Source of the DNA: Blastocatellia bacterium
Lineage (GTDB): Bacteria; Acidobacteriota; Blastocatellia; UBA7656
Assembly: GCA_963765495.1 (NCBI GenBank)
Contig: CAVXWP010000003.1
Location: 160,001 to 224,000 of the forward strand
Reading direction: 5' to 3'
DNA length: 64,000 nucleotides
Part shown: piece after piece, positions 1-12,357 of the stretch
Layout of the letters: every line of letters starts with the position of its first letter
Numbering within the stretch: position 1 is the stretch's first letter
Notes under the pieces: model-generated
Database searches by the model: none
The model's input: the letters and a program-made list of their open reading frames with translations, nothing else
Told to the model about the DNA's origin: nothing
Program-made: the position numbers and the translations under genes

Positions 1-2
1 GA

Positions 3-149
3 GATATTGTTACGATTCGCCTTACGGAAAATAATCCAGAACCGATGTATAGTAAAGAAGTAATCGGTATTCGTAATCTTGCCGATCCAGATGATTACTC
101 TTCTGTCACAGGTATTAGGTTAGGCGGGGGAAGTAGCAACATCATCTGA
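3..149 (+). CDS. 3' end of a gene entering from the left, probably cas3 (partial)
   Basis: Open frame DIVTIRLTE...DDYSSVTGIRLGGGSSNII* ending TGA 147-149. Position upstream of cas4-cas1-cas2 and the Y..TG..NII ending resemble type I-B Cas3 C-termini. Confidence 0.45.
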   Translation, partial: DIVTIRLTENNPEPMYSKEVIGIRNLADPDDYSSVTGIRLGGGSSNII

Positions 150-186
150 AGATCTAGCAACTTCATAATACTGAGAGGAATAAATC

Positions 187-420
187 ATGGCTGGACTGAC
201 ATTGACCGCGATTTACGAAGAGGCCGAAGAGGGCGGATATATCGGCTATATTGCTGAACTCCCCGGCGCTAACACACAAGGTGAAACGCTTGAAGAAGTG
301 CGCGAGAATCTTATTGAAGCCGCACGGTTGATCCTTGAGGTTAATCGGGAAACAACAGAGAAACGTTTGACCGATCCGACAAAGGTTAAACGTGAGCCTT
401 TGACGCTCGAAGCGGCCTGA
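187..420 (+). CDS. hicB: HicB-family antitoxin (short form)
   Basis: 77 aa with EEGGYIGYIAELPGANTQGETLEEVRENLIEA, the HicB N-terminal signature. Confidence 0.9.
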   Translation: MAGLTLTAIYEEAEEGGYIGYIAELPGANTQGETLEEVRENLIEAARLILEVNRETTEKRLTDPTKVKREPLTLEAA

Positions 421-421
421 A

Positions 422-607
422 ATGAAGCGCACGGAATTGATTCGACACCTCGAACGACATGGTTGTTTGTTTGTGCGCGAGGGTGCTAAACATACGGTCT
501 AAACAAATCCTGCGAAGGCTTTGTTTACTACCGTGCCGCGACATCGGGTGATTAAGAAAAACCTTGCCCGCAAAATCTGTGATGATCTCGGTATACCGCG
601 TCCTTGA
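422..607 (+). pseudogene. hicA: HicA-family toxin with internal stop codon
   Basis: MKRTELIRHLERHGCLFVREGAKHTV*TNPAKALFTTVPRHRVIKKNLARKICDDLGIPRP*. In-frame TAA at 500-502 where HicA has an aromatic residue; HicA motifs G-x-KH and VPRH present. Confidence 0.85.
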
Positions 608-680
608 GAAGCACCGCTCCCAGATTTATCTCTGAGAGATGTTCAATTGAGCCGAATCCGTTTATTTACCGAAAGAGCTT

Positions 681-1202
681 ATGGATGACTCCGAGCAAAG
701 TGTTACGGACGAACTTCCCATCTTCACTGGTACGGAAGTCGGCTATTACTTTATCTGCCATAAAAAGCTCTGGTGGTTTGCGCATGGCATTCAGATGGAA
801 CACGAGCACGACCGTGTTAAACTCGGCAAGCTCGTTCACCAAGAGTCTTACTCGCGCCGACGCAAGGAGATTGATGTTGACGGAAAGATTGTAATGGACT
901 GGCGCGAAGACGGCATTATTCACGAAATCAAACTCACAGACAAAATGGAAGATGCCCATGAGATGCAACTTGTCTACTATCTCTACTATCTCAAGCTTAA
1001 AGGCGTCAAAGACCTGCGCGGGCAAATAGATTATCCGAAGCTACGTGAAACCAAATCGGTAGTTTTAGACGAAACCAATCAACAAAAAATCGAGCAGGCT
1101 CTCATTGACATAAAGCGCATCGTAGAATTGCCGCGTCCGCCTGAAGTGGAGTGGATGAAGATTTGCCGTTCGTGCAGCTATGCGGAATTGTGCTGGGGGT
1201 GA
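681..1202 (+). CDS. cas4: CRISPR-associated exonuclease Cas4
   Basis: TGTEVGYYFICHKKLWW, EIK, QLVYY and C-terminal CRSCSYAELC Fe-S motif. Confidence 0.95.
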   Translation: MDDSEQSVTDELPIFTGTEVGYYFICHKKLWWFAHGIQMEHEHDRVKLGKLVHQESYSRRRKEIDVDGKIVMDWREDGIIHEIKLTDKMEDAHEMQLVYYLYYLKLKGVKDLRGQIDYPKLRETKSVVLDETNQQKIEQALIDIKRIVELPRPPEVEWMKICRSCSYAELCWG

Positions 1203-1240
1203 GATGAGGCGGGCCGTTTAAATGTATTTGAGGTGAACAC

Positions 1241-2452
1241 ATGGCACGGCACTATTACCTGACGAGATCGGGCCGTCTCCGGCGCAAAGACAACACTCTT
1301 TGTTTCGAGCCGTCCGGTGAGATTACAGAAAATTCCTGCGATCAGGCCGTTACGTATGAACCGTCTTCGTCCGGCGATGTTGAATACGGCTTACCTGAAA
1401 CGGTAACCGACATGTTCAGCGGATCGGATGAGATGGGGGATTTATCTTTTGAGCCTGAGGCGGGGTCGGACAGTGAAGAGACTGCGCGATTGGAATCAGA
1501 GTTGTCTTTGGAAGAACAGGCCGCTCCGGTCAGAGTGGCTGATAGGCGCGTGATTCCGGTCGAGGACGTAGACGCACTCTGGGTCTTTGGCGAACTTGAT
1601 TTGAACTCGCGGGTGTTGAACTTTCTGGCTCAACACAAGATTCCTGCTCACTTCTTTAATTACTATGGATATTACGCGGGAACTTTTTACCCGCGTGAAT
1701 ACTTGAACGCGGGCTTTGTCCTAGTAAAGCAGGTTCGTCACTATGCTAATAGGCAGTTACGACTGGCTATTGCGCGCGAGTTTATCAATTCGGCTCTGCA
1801 CAATATTTTACGCAATCTGAGATACTACGGCGCGCGAGGGGTGGACCTACAGGCAGAAACAGAAGGCGTACAGGAAGAGGTGTTGCGCCTGGATTCGGTA
1901 AGAGACATAAATGAACTGATGGCCTGCGAAGGGCGTGCGCGGAGTTCCTATTATAAAGGATTTTCAAAGATATTTCGTGAGCGGGTGGAATTTACAAAGC
2001 GAGTGAGGCGTCCACCCGACAACCCCGTCAACACGCTCATCTCGTTTACGAATGGGATGGTTTATGCAGCGGCGCTGACTCAGATTTATCGAACTCAACT
2101 CAATCCGACTATCAGCTTTCTACATGAGCCGGGAGCGCGTCGCTTTTCACTCGCCTTAGACCTGGCCGAAGTATTCAAGCCTATATTGGCAGACAGGTTG
2201 ATATTCAAGCTGGTCAATAATCGGCAGTTGTGTGAACGGGACTTCTCGCAGGATTTGAACTGCTGTTATCTGAAAGATTCAGGCCGGAAAACGATCTTGA
2301 AGGAATGGGACGCGAGATTGCAGACGACGATAGAACACAGGCGGTTAAAGCGCAAAGTGAGTTATGAAAGGCTGATTAGATTAGAGTGTTACAAGCTGGT
2401 CAAGCACTTGACCGATACAGAGCGATATGTAGGATTTCGCGCATGGTGGTGA
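1241..2452 (+). CDS. cas1: CRISPR-associated integrase Cas1 (type I-B-like) with N-terminal acidic insertion
   Basis: GRLRRKDNTL, FFNYYGYYAGTFYPRE, PPDNPVNTLISF, ISFLHEP, LALDLAEVFKP, C-terminal ECYKLVKH...WW. Confidence 0.95.
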   Translation: MARHYYLTRSGRLRRKDNTLCFEPSGEITENSCDQAVTYEPSSSGDVEYGLPETVTDMFSGSDEMGDLSFEPEAGSDSEETARLESELSLEEQAAPVRVADRRVIPVEDVDALWVFGELDLNSRVLNFLAQHKIPAHFFNYYGYYAGTFYPREYLNAGFVLVKQVRHYANRQLRLAIAREFINSALHNILRNLRYYGARGVDLQAETEGVQEEVLRLDSVRDINELMACEGRARSSYYKGFSKIFRERVEFTKRVRRPPDNPVNTLISFTNGMVYAAALTQIYRTQLNPTISFLHEPGARRFSLALDLAEVFKPILADRLIFKLVNNRQLCERDFSQDLNCCYLKDSGRKTILKEWDARLQTTIEHRRLKRKVSYERLIRLECYKLVKHLTDTERYVGFRAWW

Positions 2453-2468
2453 TTTCAGGGGGGGTATA

Positions 2469-2735
2469 ATGTACGTGCTGATAGTTTATGACATAGAGGT
2501 TAAGAGGGTCAGCCGAGTGCACAAGTTTCTGAAGAGGTATCTGAACTGGGTGCAGAACTCTGTTTTTGAGGGAGAGCTAACCGAATCACAGATAGAAAAA
2601 GTTAAAGCGGGACTGTATAGAATACTGATAGAAGATGTAGATTCGGTGTTGATCTATACTGCGCGCGAAGAGCGGTGGTTGAATAAGGAAGTAATGGGAT
2701 GCGAACGCGGCCAAACAAGCAACCTGTTATTTTGA
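2469..2735 (+). CDS. cas2: CRISPR-associated Cas2
   Basis: MYVLIVYDI...YLNWVQNSVFEGELT. Confidence 0.95.
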   Translation: MYVLIVYDIEVKRVSRVHKFLKRYLNWVQNSVFEGELTESQIEKVKAGLYRILIEDVDSVLIYTAREERWLNKEVMGCERGQTSNLLF

Positions 2736-2975
2736 AAGAATTAGCCGTATCGGCCGTCGTCGGGCACCTGTCAAGGGAGGAATTTGGAAAGAAACTTGTG
2801 TGAATGAAAAGGGCATATTCCGATTAAATATTATCTTAAAAGCAGTTAACCCATGTCGTCAGGCATGGTGGGTTTAAGCACTATTGCCGCCCGACGACTT
2901 ACTCACAACAAAAATTGAAAAAATCTAATGCTAAATGATTGATTTAGCTATAACCTTTTTCATAGAATAGCCGGG
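2736..2975 (+). promoter_or_regulatory. CRISPR leader
   Basis: AT-rich non-coding segment between cas2 and the first repeat. Contains GTCGTC(G/A)GGC at 2756 and 2855 and its reverse complement at 2889. Confidence 0.85.
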
Positions 2976-5900
2976 GCTTGAATCGAACCATCGTGGAATT
3001 GAAACATCGATCAATGCGCAATCGGCATGCATAGTCGCAGATGGCTTGAATCGAACCATCGTGGAATTGAAACATGCTGAATCGTCGCACGTTGATCTGC
3101 GATCGTGACAGTGCTTGAATCGAACCATCGTGGAATTGAAACTACGATCTGCGCTAGTACGAGTCATCGCGACGTCACAGCGCTTGAATCGAACCATCGT
3201 GGAATTGAAACAGCTCGTACTGCGACTGTCACCGGTGCATGACGCAGCGCTTGAATCGAACCATCGTGGAATTGAAACATCGATAGTCAGCCGAGCGATC
3301 ATGATGTCGACGATCAGCTTGAATCGAACCATCGTGGAATTGAAACATCAGTAGCACTCGATCAGCTCGATCTGGCGATATTGCGCTTGAATCGAACCAT
3401 CGTGGAATTGAAACTAGTCATGACAGCTGCTCGATGTCAGCGTCGACTGCATCGGCTTGAATCGAACCATCGTGGAATTGAAACGAGCATCTACGCATGA
3501 CGGATAGTCGACTCGCACATGCTTGAATCGAACCATCGTGGAATTGAAACACGATGACCGCGAACGCTTGACAGTCGACGATGCGACGCTTGAATCGAAC
3601 CATCGTGGAATTGAAACGTCATATCGGCAGTCCGCAGCGCATCGGCGAGTCAGTGCTTGAATCGAACCATCGTGGAATTGAAACTGATCTCGAACTGACT
3701 GCCGACAGATCGCATAGCCGCAGCTTGAATCGAACCATCGTGGAATTGAAACCGATATTTCGGTCGCTCATCGCGCATGCAGCCGTATGCTTGAATCGAA
3801 CCATCGTGGAATTGAAACACTGCATCAGCCGCATGCTGCGCAGTCGACTGACGCGCTTGAATCGAACCATCGTGGAATTGAAACTATGACATGCAGCATC
3901 GATGCTGCATCGCGACATGACTGCTTGAATCGAACCATCGTGGAATTGAAACAGCAGTCGACAATGTCGCTGCATAGCGTGACAGCTACGACGCTTGAAT
4001 CGAACCATCGTGGAATTGAAACGCATTGATGCCGCGTACTGATAGTCAGCTGCTGATGACGGCTTGAATCGAACCATCGTGGAATTGAAACATGAATTCG
4101 CACGTGCAGCGAAACGATCAGCGATCGATGCTTGAATCGAACCATCGTGGAATTGAAACAGATCATGGCAGCTGTCGCGGCTAGCATGCAGTGCAGCTTG
4201 AATCGAACCATCGTGGAATTGAAACTGCATATGCAGCTGATCAGCTGCACGGTACAGCGCAGTGCTTGAATCGAACCATCGTGGAATTGAAACTATCGCT
4301 GAAGCGCTCGACGATCTGCGCATGTCAGTGCTTGAATCGAACCATCGTGGAATTGAAACACATGCTATGTCGCGCATGATCCGCATGCAGCATCGATGCT
4401 TGAATCGAACCATCGTGGAATTGAAACTACGCATCGTCGACTGCAATCGGCTCGCATCGATCGGCTTGAATCGAACCATCGTGGAATTGAAACAGTCAGA
4501 CTGCAGCGATATGCAAGTCGCGACAGCGACGCTTGAATCGAACCATCGTGGAATTGAAACCATAGCATTCGCGATGCTCGCTGAACGACTGCAGCTGAGC
4601 TTGAATCGAACCATCGTGGAATTGAAACGCTATGCAAGCCGTCGCGATCGAATCGCGCATGTGCAGCTTGAATCGAACCATCGTGGAATTGAAACAGATG
4701 CCGTCGATCGTGCTCGAAGTCGATCATCTGCACGGCTTGAATCGAACCATCGTGGAATTGAAACATCAGTAATCGATCGTCTGAGTCGACATCGCAGCGC
4801 AGCTTGAATCGAACCATCGTGGAATTGAAACATCACTCAGCATCCAGCACTGCGCGATCACGTGCATGCGCTTGAATCGAACCATCGTGGAATTGAAACA
4901 CGCATGAGCGCTCGCATCGAAATGGCGCAACTCGTGGCTTGAATCGAACCATCGTGGAATTGAAACGCAGTATGCAGCGTACTTGCAGATTCGCTGTCTT
5001 GACGTGCTTGAATCGAACCATCGTGGAATTGAAACAAGTCAATGACCGGCTGATCGCAACGCAGTGCGCGATGCTTGAATCGAACCATCGTGGAATTGAA
5101 ACTATCTAGATCGCGCCTGTAATGCTGAATCATCGCAGTGCTTGAATCGAACCATCGTGGAATTGAAACATGATCTGATCACTGCCGAGTGCGCTCGACG
5201 CATCGCGCTTGAATCGAACCATCGTGGAATTGAAACATCGATCACGCTGACCGTCATGACGCAATCGTGCAGGCTTGAATCGAACCATCGTGGAATTGAA
5301 ACATCAGATACGCGCATACTGCCGATTCGCTATCGAGTCAGCTTGAATCGAACCATCGTGGAATTGAAACTAGATCATTGCTGCACGATATTCGCATGAT
5401 CGGCAGCTGCTTGAATCGAACCATCGTGGAATTGAAACAGCTGCATCGACACGCGCTATGAGCGTCGCCATCGTCAGCTTGAATCGAACCATCGTGGAAT
5501 TGAAACTAGCTATCGCGGTCTCGTGCTCTGCATAGCCATCGTGCAGCTTGAATCGAACCATCGTGGAATTGAAACTTGATACATAGCTCGCTACGATATG
5601 CCGCATCGAGCGATGCTTGAATCGAACCATCGTGGAATTGAAACGATATCATCGACAGCTCGCTATCATGAGATGCTGCAGGCTTGAATCGAACCATCGT
5701 GGAATTGAAACAGTCATCATGAGTCGATGCGGCCGCAGTACGCGTCATGGCTTGAATCGAACCATCGTGGAATTGAAACGATATCTGCGTGCACGATCAG
5801 AGCTCGAGCATTGCAAGGCTTGAATCGAACCATCGTGGAATTGAAACTGCATGCCGTGCATGATCGCCTGCAGATTGCGACGCGTGCTTGAATCGAACCA

Positions 5901-8900
5901 TCGTGGAATTGAAACCACGTACGTAGCGCGGCAGTATCGCCGACTGCCGTCGCAGCTTGAATCGAACCATCGTGGAATTGAAACGCAGTACTGCGAGCGC
6001 ATCGATCGTGCACCGATTGCAGGCTTGAATCGAACCATCGTGGAATTGAAACGATTGAATCACGCTGCCTGCAGTGTCGAGATGCATGCATGCTTGAATC
6101 GAACCATCGTGGAATTGAAACAACTGATGCCATGGCGGCATTGCAGCGATGCGCTAGCAGGCTTGAATCGAACCATCGTGGAATTGAAACGCAGTTGAAT
6201 CGGCAATAGCGATTGCTGTCAGGTCGCAGCTTGAATCGAACCATCGTGGAATTGAAACCATGCACTACGGCATGCGTGTACGGCCGTGCTACTGAGGCTT
6301 GAATCGAACCATCGTGGAATTGAAACAAGCTCAGCTGAGCTCAGTCGAGCGGCTGCATTGCAGTAGCTTGAATCGAACCATCGTGGAATTGAAACACCAT
6401 GTCATCAGTCGTATGAGCTCTCGAGATAGCGAGCTTGAATCGAACCATCGTGGAATTGAAACATGCTCAAGCGACTCGATCGTACTCGAGCATTGCAGAG
6501 CTTGAATCGAACCATCGTGGAATTGAAACGATCTGCACAGCGATCTGGCTATGACGTGCCGATGCGTTGCTTGAATCGAACCATCGTGGAATTGAAACTA
6601 GCATCATGCACGCGATCATGGCTTAGACTGTCATCTGCTTGAATCGAACCATCGTGGAATTGAAACATGAGCATCAGGCTGTCACTGATCATCCTGCAGA
6701 TGCAGGCTTGAATCGAACCATCGTGGAATTGAAACTAGCATCATCGTGGCCGATGTTGACGATGCGTATCAGGCTTGAATCGAACCATCGTGGAATTGAA
6801 ACATCATGACAGCTCATGCCTTGCAGCGTTGCAGTCGCAGTGCTTGAATCGAACCATCGTGGAATTGAAACAACGCATCGAGCTCACTTGCTGCGAGCTC
6901 GCTAGCTCGCTTGAATCGAACCATCGTGGAATTGAAACAGCTATGCAGCTGATCGCTGTAATCGATTGCGGCATGCTGCTTGAATCGAACCATCGTGGAA
7001 TTGAAACGTTAATCCTGCGTCTGCGTATTGCGTCGATGCTGCTCAGGCTTGAATCGAACCATCGTGGAATTGAAACTGAGTCAAGCTGTACTGATCGCGC
7101 AGCGGTCAAGTCGAGCTTGAATCGAACCATCGTGGAATTGAAACCTGGATACATGCTCAGCAGATCGATGTCACGACTGCGGCTTGAATCGAACCATCGT
7201 GGAATTGAAACATCAGCTATGAGGCTTGATCGTAGCGATCAGCGATGCGCGCTTGAATCGAACCATCGTGGAATTGAAACTATAGCTTGTCAGCTGACGC
7301 AGTCGATGTCGGCGCATCGCTTGAATCGAACCATCGTGGAATTGAAACATAGCATATGAGCTCGATATGCATAGCGCTACATGCGATGCTTGAATCGAAC
7401 CATCGTGGAATTGAAACAGGCTTCAGCGATAGCCGCGTGGCGATCTGCAACGTGCTTGAATCGAACCATCGTGGAATTGAAACGCGCATACGTGGTACGA
7501 GATGCTGGCGGCTGTCTCATGCTTGAATCGAACCATCGTGGAATTGAAACTATCGATAGCTATTGCAGATGGCTCGATGCACTTCAGTGCTTGAATCGAA
7601 CCATCGTGGAATTGAAACCATAGTCGGATGACATTGCACGTGTTACGTCACGTGCTTGAATCGAACCATCGTGGAATTGAAACCATGCTACTGCAAGTCA
7701 TTCGGCGAGTCGTTACGTGCTGCTTGAATCGAACCATCGTGGAATTGAAACATGACATCCGACATGTCAACTGCGATAGATCGACGCGGCTTGAATCGAA
7801 CCATCGTGGAATTGAAACCTAGATCAGTAACGCTGATCTGAAGCGCTGACGACGACATGCTTGAATCGAACCATCGTGGAATTGAAACCATAAATCGACG
7901 GCTCAAGAACCTACAGGCGATGCAGTGCTTGAATCGAACCATCGTGGAATTGAAACACGTAATCGAGCAGCTCGTCGTTATTGACTTGCGATCGTGCTTG
8001 AATCGAACCATCGTGGAATTGAAACAAAGCATCGGCAGCGATCATGTGCAGCTCATCGGCAGGCTTGAATCGAACCATCGTGGAATTGAAACGATCGATA
8101 ATCAGCCATGCGCGTCGAAAGCATGCGCAGGCTTGAATCGAACCATCGTGGAATTGAAACCAGTCATAAGTCGAGCTGATCTGCGGTCGAGCTGCATGCT
8201 TGAATCGAACCATCGTGGAATTGAAACTTGCATTGACGATCGCAGAGTCGCAGTCGAGCATGCACGCTTGAATCGAACCATCGTGGAATTGAAACGATGC
8301 AAAGCGCATCGACGCTATGCATCGTGCAGTGCTTGAATCGAACCATCGTGGAATTGAAACATTGCATCTCGACTGCCTGTACGTCGCTGATGCCACGTTG
8401 CTTGAATCGAACCATCGTGGAATTGAAACATCGCATGCAGGTCACGGCTACGGCATGATGCGACTGCGCTTGAATCGAACCATCGTGGAATTGAAACATG
8501 TATTACCGGCTGCATTTGAATCGCTGAGCTTCCGCTTGAATCGAACCATCGTGGAATTGAAACAGCATCGAAGTCGCAGCATTGACCGCGTCGACATCGG
8601 CGCTTGAATCGAACCATCGTGGAATTGAAACTAGATTCGATCAGACGCGTTGTATGCATCTGGCATCACTGCTTGAATCGAACCATCGTGGAATTGAAAC
8701 CATGCATGACGTGCCCGATCGACGTGGTCATAGATTGTGCTTGAATCGAACCATCGTGGAATTGAAACCGATCCAGCGTGATCGCTCTAGCGCGATGGCG
8801 CGGCTTGAATCGAACCATCGTGGAATTGAAACGATGCAGATGCCGTACGCTGATGGCTTCGATGTTCGAGCTTGAATCGAACCATCGTGGAATTGAAACG

Positions 8901-11900
8901 CATGTGATACCGTCAGTGATGCTTCGATATCAACGTGCTTGAATCGAACCATCGTGGAATTGAAACAAGCATCGAATCGATCAGCGCGATGCCGGCTAGT
9001 GCGAAGCTTGAATCGAACCATCGTGGAATTGAAACATAGTCATAGCGCTTGCGATCAGCGATAGCATCGCTTAGCTTGAATCGAACCATCGTGGAATTGA
9101 AACTATGCCTAAGCCGCATCGCATAGTTGCGCAACTGCTAGGCTTGAATCGAACCATCGTGGAATTGAAACGTCAGATATGGATCGCCGGCCGATTACGG
9201 CATGAGCATGCTTGAATCGAACCATCGTGGAATTGAAACCGTAGACAGCCAGTGAATCGTGCTAGCAGTCATTGCGTGCTTGAATCGAACCATCGTGGAA
9301 TTGAAACTACGATCATGACGCAGACTGTAATGACGGTCAACGGTCGCGCTTGAATCGAACCATCGTGGAATTGAAACAGCATCGTAGACGCATCGAGCGC
9401 TAATCGGCTACAGTGCGGCTTGAATCGAACCATCGTGGAATTGAAACATAGATATGACGCGATTCGGCACCTTTACGATCGATGCTTGAATCGAACCATC
9501 GTGGAATTGAAACGTGGATACGTTCGAGCTACGACTGAAGCTTCAGATGCTTGAATCGAACCATCGTGGAATTGAAACAATCTGTCGATGCTTGCAGCCT
9601 TATCGCATAGTAGGCTTGAATCGAACCATCGTGGAATTGAAACGTGGTCTCATCTCGACTGGTTCGACTGCAGGATCAAGGCTTGAATCGAACCATCGTG
9701 GAATTGAAACGCGACGATGCGAACCTGTGTCTGATAGGCGCAGCTTGCTTGAATCGAACCATCGTGGAATTGAAACATGCATCAGATTCGTGGTCTCGGC
9801 ATGTTCAGTCTATGGCTTGAATCGAACCATCGTGGAATTGAAACAACGTCGAACCGGGCTAGAATGTGGCAATGACTCAGAGCTTGAATCGAACCATCGT
9901 GGAATTGAAACATCGATCATGGCAATCTTGTAGCTCGCGACGGTCAGTCTGCTTGAATCGAACCATCGTGGAATTGAAACACATGTATCTGCAGGCTTTG
10001 AAGCTTGCATCTGTACGAGCTTGAATCGAACCATCGTGGAATTGAAACCAATTGCTCGTGAGCCTCGCTATCGTTCGACTGCACAAGGCTTGAATCGAAC
10101 CATCGTGGAATTGAAACTCGGCATACCTTTGATGATGTCGAGCGATCAATGTGCTGGCTTGAATCGAACCATCGTGGAATTGAAACGACATCTGTTAGTG
10201 ATGCTATGACAGTCGATAAACATAGCTTGAATCGAACCATCGTGGAATTGAAACCTGCTCGTGATCCGTCGACCGATGAGCGTCTACAGTGATGCTTGAA
10301 TCGAACCATCGTGGAATTGAAACGACACTTGCGGGCTACTGCTATGACGTGATCAGTCAAGTGCTTGAATCGAACCATCGTGGAATTGAAACATCCGTGA
10401 CAGCGGCTACAGCAATCGACGTCTATGCTTGAATCGAACCATCGTGGAATTGAAACTTTCACTTACCTCGCTACTCAGCACTCAACGGAAGTCGAGCTTG
10501 AATCGAACCATCGTGGAATTGAAACATGCATGCTCGAGCTGCTCGCATGAATGACGTCCGAGTGCTTGAATCGAACCATCGTGGAATTGAAACATGCATT
10601 ACGCGTGCTACTGAGCATCGTCAGGTCAGGAGCTTGAATCGAACCATCGTGGAATTGAAACAGATTCATCGCTGATCACTTGAAACAGCTTGACAGTGGC
10701 GGCTTGAATCGAACCATCGTGGAATTGAAACACGATTTCACCTCACTGATTCGAGCTAAGCGCAGTCAGAGCTTGAATCGAACCATCGTGGAATTGAAAC
10801 GATGATCAGCGCAGCTGTCGCAGACTGTGATGTACATAGCTTGAATCGAACCATCGTGGAATTGAAACCGATGATCAGGCGAGCTTCACATCGCACTAGC
10901 GCATCGGCTTGAATCGAACCATCGTGGAATTGAAACGAGCATCACATGCACAGGTCGCAGATTAAGGCGAAGCTTGAATCGAACCATCGTGGAATTGAAA
11001 CTGATGCATCGACTCATGCTCACTGCTCAGGTTGCGCTTGAATCGAACCATCGTGGAATTGAAACTCGAGAAATATGCTGCAGATTGCAGCACAGGCACT
11101 CAGCTTGAATCGAACCATCGTGGAATTGAAACTGTTGCCAGTCGGCAGGGATCTAGCAGCTGAGGTGAGTGCTTGAATCGAACCATCGTGGAATTGAAAC
11201 AATATGCATGCCGCACGATCGTGCCTACGCAAGCAGGAGCTTGAATCGAACCATCGTGGAATTGAAACTGAGCGATCAATACCGACAAGCGGTTAGACTG
11301 ACGTCGCTTGAATCGAACCATCGTGGAATTGAAACTAATCAAGCTTATTTCACAGTGGACAGGCGAATCATGTGCTTGAATCGAACCATCGTGGAATTGA
11401 AACTGCATGCTTCTGCCAGTAGCTCGACTATCTCAGTCACGGCTTGAATCGAACCATCGTGGAATTGAAACGAGTTTGAAAGCGAGCTCGACTGATAGAC
11501 GAACTCGAAGCTTGAATCGAACCATCGTGGAATTGAAACTCGTAGCACAGCGCCCACTCCATCGTGCCAGATGCGAGCTTGAATCGAACCATCGTGGAAT
11601 TGAAACACAGCAACCGCATCAGTCCAGTTGACTGCATCGTCGCTTGAATCGAACCATCGTGGAATTGAAACCATCACCCTTCGCCTGCGTGGCGAGCCGA
11701 GTTGAGGGCTTGAATCGAACCATCGTGGAATTGAAACCAGATCGGCATAGTGCGCTAGCTTCGACATGCATGAGCTTGAATCGAACCATCGTGGAATTGA
11801 AACCGATGGTCATCAGACGCAGCTGATGCGACAAGAACGATGGCTTGAATCGAACCATCGTGGAATTGAAACCGGTATAAGTTCTCGAAGAACACGCCGA

Positions 11901-12339
11901 AGATGGATGGCTTGAATCGAACCATCGTGGAATTGAAACAATGACATCCCCTTGCTGTAGGGAACGCCCAAATCGCTTGAATCGAACCATCGTGGAATTG
12001 AAACGTGTTTGACCTGGCCAGTCGAGCGATATTCGGATTCAAGCTTGAATCGAACCATCGTGGAATTGAAACGCCACTTTGACCTTGCGCGCTGAATTCT
12101 GGCAGCCGGGCTTGAATCGAACCATCGTGGAATTGAAACACGAGCAGATAGCCGCAAGCCTACGCGACAGCTTGGAGCTTGAATCGAACCATCGTGGAAT
12201 TGAAACGATTATCGGCGCTTACTTCAAGCGTCTTTTTCCCGTGCTTGAATCGAACCATCGTGGAATTGAAACATGTTTGCCAGAGGCAGGGATTCTGGCA
12301 GTGGGTGAGGCTTGAATCGAACCATCGTGGAATTGAAAC
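2976..12339 (+). CRISPR. CRISPR array, 139 repeats by manual count; 30-bp repeat GCTTGAATCGAACCATCGTGGAATTGAAAC, spacers ~34-40 bp
   Basis: Invariant repeat at ~67.6-bp period. The 3' ATTGAAAC handle and the leader position indicate + strand transcription. Confidence 0.99.
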
Positions 12340-12357
12340 CAAATTATTAGCGCGCCG

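Noticed and set aside
608-680. CreTA-like mini-array within the cas operon
   Set aside because: No recognisable degenerate copy of the repeat.
11640-12357. Self-targeting spacers
   Set aside because: No match to the window noticed by eye; a real alignment is needed to exclude it.
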